DNA of 32,478 bases from Armatimonadota bacterium (lineage in GTDB: Bacteria; Armatimonadota; UBA10988): positions 1 through 32,478 of the forward strand of contig JACRKZ010000103.1 in NCBI GenBank assembly GCA_016235455.1. Direction: 5' to 3'. The position numbers and the translations under genes are program-made. Below the pieces are notes generated by a model. The model was not told the DNA's origin, ran no database searches, and saw only the letters and a program-made list of their open reading frames with translations. Below are positions 27,785-32,478 of the stretch, piece after piece (positions within the stretch are counted from its first letter, which is position 1; each line of letters opens with the position of its first letter).

Positions 27785-29455
27785 TCAGAACAGGTCACGC
27801 GGTGCGGTCAGTGACAGGTCGTTGTAAGCGACCATGCCGACCTCGTGGATGTCCAGACCTTCCAGCTCCTGCTCGGGGGTGACCCGGATGCCCATGACCT
27901 TGTCCTGGATCTTGAAGAAGATGAAGGACAGGCCCCAGGCCCAGAGGACCACCGTGACCATGCCGATGAGCTGCGCCATCAGCTGGCTGGCATCACCGTA
28001 GAACAGGCCCTTGACGCCGCCGGCCACGCCATTCAGGCCGTCACCATACGTGCCGTCGGCGAAGAGGCCGACACACAGCATGCCGAACAGACCGTTCACG
28101 CCGTGCACGGCGATGGCGCCCACCGGGTCGTCGATCTTGAGCTTCTGGTCGATGAAGTACACGGCCCAGACCACCAGCACGCCAGCGATGGCGCCGATGA
28201 TGAAACCGTCGCGGGGGTTGACGAACCCGCTCGGCGCGGTGATGGCAACCAGACCGGCCAACATGCCGTTGATGGCCATGGAGGGATCCGGCTTGCCGTT
28301 CTTGATCCACGTGTACAGCGTCGCCGTGATGGAGCCACTGGCCGAGGCCAGCATGGTGACCACCGCGACGATGGCGATGCGCGTGTTGCCCGCGCCGGCC
28401 GCGCCCAGCGTGCTGCCGGGGTTGAAGCCGAACCAGCCCAGGGCCAGGATAAAGCAGCCCAGGAAGGCCATCGGGATGTGGTGGCCCGGGATGGCGTTGA
28501 TCGAGCCATCCTTGCCGTACTTGCCCAACCGCGGCCCGAGCACCATGGCGCCAGCCAGACCGCACAGACCACCGACCGCGTGCACCACGCCCGAACCGGC
28601 GAAGTCCACATAGCCGTGACCGAGGTGCAGCTTGCCGCCGAGCTGCGACAGCCAGCCGCCGCCCCAGGCCCAGTTGCCGAACAACGGATAGAGCACGCAC
28701 GCCATGAAGAACGCGTAGACGCAGAACGCCGAGAACTTCCAGCGCTCAGCCATGGCGCCCGTCGGGATGGTCACGGCTGTGTCCATGAAGACCATCTGGA
28801 ACAGGAACAGGCCCAGTACCGCCACGTCGTAGTGGCCACTCAGGAAGAACCCGCTGGTGCCCGCGATGTTCCAGCCACCGATAGACAGCGCCGGCGATGC
28901 CGCCAACGGCGCGGTGCCGCCCAGGTTGGCGATGGCGCCAGCGCTACCCATCTGCAACGCGTAGCCGCAGATCCAGTAGCCGGTCATGCCCAACGCGTAG
29001 ACCATGAAGTTCATCATCATGGTATGCGTGGCGTTCTTGGCACGACAGAATCCGGTCTCCACCAGAGCGAAGCCGGCTTGCATGAACATGACCAGGAAGC
29101 CGCAGACCAGCATCCAGACCAGGTTGATGGCCACGCGGTTGGAGCCCACGGTGTCGGCCAACTTGACCGCCAACGGCTCCTTGGCGCTGTCCGCCTTGTA
29201 GGCTTCGAAGCTCTTCTTCTTGGCCGCGAAGTCCTTGTCGTCAGGCTTGGGTTCCGACACCACAAAGGCCGTGCCGGATGCGTCCACAGCGTCTGCCGCG
29301 GTACCCGTCTTGGTGCCGCCGGGATCGGGGTCAGCCAAGACCGGCATCGCCAGCCCGACACACAAGAGCAACATCAGCAGGCCGGGGGCGACCCACGAGT
29401 GACGACCCGTGCGGATCGCCCCGGGTCGCGCGAACCTCGTCCACAACGTCCTCAT
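27785..29455 (-). CDS. amt: Ammonium transporter (Amt family, about 556 aa)
   Basis: FMQAGF, FQMVF, GAMAER, DFAGSGVVH, GWFGFN, NGMLAGLVAIT, DDPVGAIAVH and ELEGLD motifs. SD GGAGG precedes ATG 29458/29455. Confidence 0.96.
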   Translation of the reverse strand: MRTLWTRFARPGAIRTGRHSWVAPGLLMLLLCVGLAMPVLADPDPGGTKTGTAADAVDASGTAFVVSEPKPDDKDFAAKKKSFEAYKADSAKEPLAVKLADTVGSNRVAINLVWMLVCGFLVMFMQAGFALVETGFCRAKNATHTMMMNFMVYALGMTGYWICGYALQMGSAGAIANLGGTAPLAASPALSIGGWNIAGTSGFFLSGHYDVAVLGLFLFQMVFMDTAVTIPTGAMAERWKFSAFCVYAFFMACVLYPLFGNWAWGGGWLSQLGGKLHLGHGYVDFAGSGVVHAVGGLCGLAGAMVLGPRLGKYGKDGSINAIPGHHIPMAFLGCFILALGWFGFNPGSTLGAAGAGNTRIAIVAVVTMLASASGSITATLYTWIKNGKPDPSMAINGMLAGLVAITAPSGFVNPRDGFIIGAIAGVLVVWAVYFIDQKLKIDDPVGAIAVHGVNGLFGMLCVGLFADGTYGDGLNGVAGGVKGLFYGDASQLMAQLIGMVTVVLWAWGLSFIFFKIQDKVMGIRVTPEQELEGLDIHEVGMVAYNDLSLTAPRDLF

Positions 29456-29528
29456 CATCGCCTCCATTCTGCCGGCGGACACGGGCTCTCTCCCCGACAA
29501 CCCGTGTCCGGCGGCCTTGACCACGCGT

Positions 29529-29556
29529 ACTATGCGCCCCGTCCATGTCGCCTCAA
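29529..29556 (-). promoter_or_regulatory. Possible sigma70-type promoter for amt
   Basis: Minus strand reads TTGAGG-N16-CATAGT, directly abutting the tandem repeat. Confidence 0.3.
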
Positions 29557-29636
29557 CATCGCATATGTAACCATTTCATTTCCTGGCATCCAATTCCATC
29601 GCATATGTAACCATTTCATTTCCTGGCATCCAATTC
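29557..29636. repeat. Perfect tandem duplication, 2 x 40 bp, AT-rich
   Basis: CATCGCATATGTAACCATTTCATTTCCTGGCATCCAATTC at 29557-29596 and again at 29597-29636. Confidence 0.97.
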
Positions 29637-29753
29637 GGGAATGTTTCAAGAGAATCGACGCGCGCGGTGGTCCGCGCCGCTGTCAGGCCCCTATCCGCCG
29701 ACTGGTCGGAGCGGCGGCGCCGGGCTCTTGCGCGCGCGAGTACAATGGTGCCC

Positions 29754-31088
29754 ATGCGCCAGCGCCCGAACCAGCCACAACGCCGCGAGACCGCTCGTCG
29801 ATCCGCTCTGAATCAGGAGATTCGGGTCACCGAGGGACAAGCACTGGCACTGCTGTTGGTTCTTCACCTGCTGGCCGCCCTGGCCTACCGACACCTGGTC
29901 CCCCTCGGTCAGGGACCCGACGAGGGCAGTCATGTGCTGTTTGCGCAGTGCCTGGCCGGCGAAGCGCCCGCCGGGACGCTGTGGCGACTCGGCCTGCCCG
30001 TGTTACAAACAGGCTACGAAGATCCGAACTTCGAAGTGCATCAGCCCCCGCTTTATTACATCCTGGCACAGCCCTTCTACCGAGTCGGCGGCGCGGCGGG
30101 CATCGGTTGGTTGTCGCTGCTGGCGTCGCTAGCCACGGTCTGGCTGGTCTGGCGGGGCGCGCGTGAGTTGACGCGGCCGGACCTGGCCTTGGCGGCGGCG
30201 GCGGTGGTGGCGCTGTGGCCGATGCAGACCTTTCTGGCCGGGCGGGTGAACAACGATCTGCTGGCCAATGCACTGTGGGCGGCGCTGCTGTGGCGCTGGG
30301 CGCGCGGGCTGCGGCTGGGGCCGACGGCGCGCGAGGGCGTATGCTGCGGTCTGTTGCTTGGAGCGGCGTTGCTGACCAAGCAGACCAGCCTGGTCCTGGT
30401 GCCCACGGCGTTGGCCGCGGCGACGGTGATCGGTTGGCGCAGTGGCCAGTGGCGCGAGTCGGGGCGACAGGTGGCCGTGACGCTGCTCGTGGCGGCGCTG
30501 GTGGCGGGCTGGTGGTTCGCGCGCAACCACGTAGTGTATGGTGATCTCTTCGCCCAGGCGGCCTTCGACGAGCGCTTCCTGACCCGCCGCATGACACCCG
30601 CGGCGCTGGAGGCGCAGTTCGCCCGCCATCCCCAATGGCGCTACTGGCCGTATGTGCTGGGCTGGACACTGCGCAGCGGCGTCATCTATCTCGATATGGG
30701 CGCGAAGAACATCCTGCCCACTGGCGTTTATCCTCTACATGCGGCGCTGCTGCTGCTGGCCGGCGCAGGTGCCGGCTGGTCGCTGGTCTGTCGGGCGCGG
30801 CATGACCGGCGCGACGCGGGCCTGGCCTATGCCGGACTGGCCGCGTGTGGCGCGGTGGTGCTGACCCTGTTGTACGTGCAGTTCAACCAGAAGTACTTCC
30901 AGGCGCAAGGGCGCTACTTCTTCGGGTTGATGCCGGTGTGGGGTCTGCTGTTGGCCGGTGGCCTGAGCCGGCCTTTTCGCGTAGACTCTGTTCTGCGCCG
31001 CTACGGTGTGCTGATCGCCCCGTTGTGGCTCGGTTTGCTGAACTTGGCGCTGTTGACACGCTATGTACCTGGCCTCTATGAGCACTGA
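29754..31088 (+). CDS. GT-C superfamily membrane glycosyltransferase (ArnT/PMT-like, DUF2142-like; about 444 aa)
   Basis: Multiple transmembrane helices with PDE.SH, HQPPLYY, NND, LLTK, WWFARN and QGRY motifs. Start uncertain (ATG 29745, ATG 29754 or GTG 29667). Confidence 0.82.
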   Translation: MRQRPNQPQRRETARRSALNQEIRVTEGQALALLLVLHLLAALAYRHLVPLGQGPDEGSHVLFAQCLAGEAPAGTLWRLGLPVLQTGYEDPNFEVHQPPLYYILAQPFYRVGGAAGIGWLSLLASLATVWLVWRGARELTRPDLALAAAAVVALWPMQTFLAGRVNNDLLANALWAALLWRWARGLRLGPTAREGVCCGLLLGAALLTKQTSLVLVPTALAAATVIGWRSGQWRESGRQVAVTLLVAALVAGWWFARNHVVYGDLFAQAAFDERFLTRRMTPAALEAQFARHPQWRYWPYVLGWTLRSGVIYLDMGAKNILPTGVYPLHAALLLLAGAGAGWSLVCRARHDRRDAGLAYAGLAACGAVVLTLLYVQFNQKYFQAQGRYFFGLMPVWGLLLAGGLSRPFRVDSVLRRYGVLIAPLWLGLLNLALLTRYVPGLYEH

Positions 31089-32478
31089 TCGCGCATCCTG
31101 CCGCTGGACGCTGCTGGCCCTCCTGGCCTGCGGCTCGTTGCTGCTGGCCCAGCCGGGCGGCGGACCCACCGGCGGCGCGCCGGGCAAGCCCGGCGGGGGC
31201 CCGCCGGCCAAGACGGGCGACAAGCCCAAGCCGACGGAGGAGCCCGACACGGGCGACTACTTCGGCAATGCGCTGGGCGGGCTGTTTGGCGGCGCGCCCT
31301 GGACGCCGCTGACCATCGGCGGCGCCGGCGCGGGCCTGCGCGGGCCGCGCAGCATGTTCCAGCCAGGCCGTCGCGACCGCCGCTTCGAGGTCTCCGGCAA
31401 CGGTGAGCTGTCGCTGAACGTGGGCAGCGTGTCGGGCGCCGACGCCACGTTCAGCAACGACCAGTACAACCGCAACCAGACCATCAGCGAGCAGGCCAGC
31501 CTGCTGCTGAGCGGCCCCATCTGGAAGTGGGCCAACCTCAACGTGCATGCGCAGTTCGACCAGCGCAGTTTCGGCTTCAACGACACCAAGCCGGTGTGGC
31601 GGGTGTTCTGGGAGGACACGAACCACCGCGTCACGCTGGGCGACATCAGCCCGTCGCTGGGCCAGGGCAACACGTTTGTGCAGTTCAACCGGCGGCTCAA
31701 GGGCCTGATGGCCGAGGGCAAGCTGCCGGGCAACGTGGAGTACCTGCTGTTCGGCAGCTTCGTCCAGGGCAGCATCCGCACCGAGACCTTCGCCGGCAAC
31801 GGCACCGCGGGCCCCTACTTCCTGACCTACACGCCCATCGTCGACAGCTCGGCGGTGGTGCTGCTGGATGGCGTGGTGCAGCAGGCCGGCTACGGCGACA
31901 CCGGCGACTACACGCTCAACCCCTCGACCGGCGAACTGAACTTCAATGGCGCCGCGATCGTCACGCCGGCCAACCGCATCGAGGTGCGCTACGAGACGCT
32001 CTCGACCTCGGGTCCCAAGGATCTGCTGGTGGGCAGCCGCATCTCGGCCTCGCCGCTGAGCTGGATGCACCTGGGCGCGAGCTACATGAGCCAGATGGCC
32101 TCCTCGTCGGCGTCCACCGGGCCGGTGGAGCGTCGGGTCACCGACCAGATCACCGTGCCCACGCCGTCCACTGGCCCGTTCACGCTGCGGCCCAGGCCGA
32201 TTCTGCCGGCCAGCGAGTCGGTCACGGTGAACGGCCTGCTGCAGACGCGGGATGTGGACTACCAGATCAACTACACCACGGGTGAGCTGCAATTCTTCCA
32301 GTTGCTGCCTGAGGGCACCAACATCGTGGTGCGGTTCTCGGTCAAGGAGGTCATCGACCTGGGTTCGGGTAACCGCAGTCTGCTGGGCCTGGACACGACG
32401 GTCAACCTGGGCGACCGTCTGTCCCTGCAGATGGAGTTCGCCACCAGCTCGGGCACGCCAAGCACCACCTCCAACCCG
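31078..32478 (+). CDS. Secreted large outer-membrane beta-barrel candidate, SprA-like (partial, >467 aa)
   Basis: Translated by hand; absent from the ORF track. ATG 31078 overlaps the upstream gene. Signal peptide MSTDRASCRWTLLALLACGSLLLA|Q is followed by a Gly/Pro linker and amphipathic strands (VTLGDI, FNRRLKG). Two copies of a GP[YF].L...I...S..V..[DN]G...DY..N..TGEL.F module. Frame open to the window end. Confidence 0.8.
   Translation, partial: MSTDRASCRWTLLALLACGSLLLAQPGGGPTGGAPGKPGGGPPAKTGDKPKPTEEPDTGDYFGNALGGLFGGAPWTPLTIGGAGAGLRGPRSMFQPGRRDRRFEVSGNGELSLNVGSVSGADATFSNDQYNRNQTISEQASLLLSGPIWKWANLNVHAQFDQRSFGFNDTKPVWRVFWEDTNHRVTLGDISPSLGQGNTFVQFNRRLKGLMAEGKLPGNVEYLLFGSFVQGSIRTETFAGNGTAGPYFLTYTPIVDSSAVVLLDGVVQQAGYGDTGDYTLNPSTGELNFNGAAIVTPANRIEVRYETLSTSGPKDLLVGSRISASPLSWMHLGASYMSQMASSSASTGPVERRVTDQITVPTPSTGPFTLRPRPILPASESVTVNGLLQTRDVDYQINYTTGELQFFQLLPEGTNIVVRFSVKEVIDLGSGNRSLLGLDTTVNLGDRLSLQMEFATSSGTPSTTSNP

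Noticed and set aside
29557-29636. 40-bp repeat as a CRISPR array, or as a sigma54, NtcA or TnrA site
   Set aside because: The copies are adjacent with no spacer and no cas genes. TGGCATCCAATTC lacks the -12 GC. GTA-N8-TAC and TGTNA-N7-TNACA do not match.
27845-32292. Track ORFs 27845-30166 (+) and 30883-32292 (-)
   Set aside because: They are shadow frames of amt, the GT-C gene and the SprA-like gene.

Overview
GC-rich bacterial chromosomal segment. The style of the oversized prepilin-like proteins suggests Armatimonadota, but that is an inference. The left half (1-16466, minus strand) is one tightly packed operon. It encodes five class III signal peptide proteins (252, 589, 303, 718 and 918 aa), then a 1794-aa Sec-exported protein with PilY1-type Ca-binding loops, then another large secreted protein (>820 aa) that runs off the left edge and is missing from the ORF track. 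The order parallels the pilV-pilW-pilX-pilY1 tip-complex arrangement, but the subunits are several times larger than usual and no assembly genes lie in the window. The right half encodes an orphan GAF histidine kinase, a YbjN-like protein, a divergent pair of DUF4832-like glycoside hydrolase paralogues, a TPR protein, a GT2 enzyme and citramalate synthase. It also has an apparently frameshifted clan GH-A hydrolase, an Amt transporter with a perfect 40-bp tandem duplication upstream, a GT-C glycosyltransferase, and the start of a SprA-like outer-membrane protein (also missing from the ORF track). No RNA genes, CRISPR arrays or mobile elements were seen. All family assignments come from motif recognition by eye, not from database searches.
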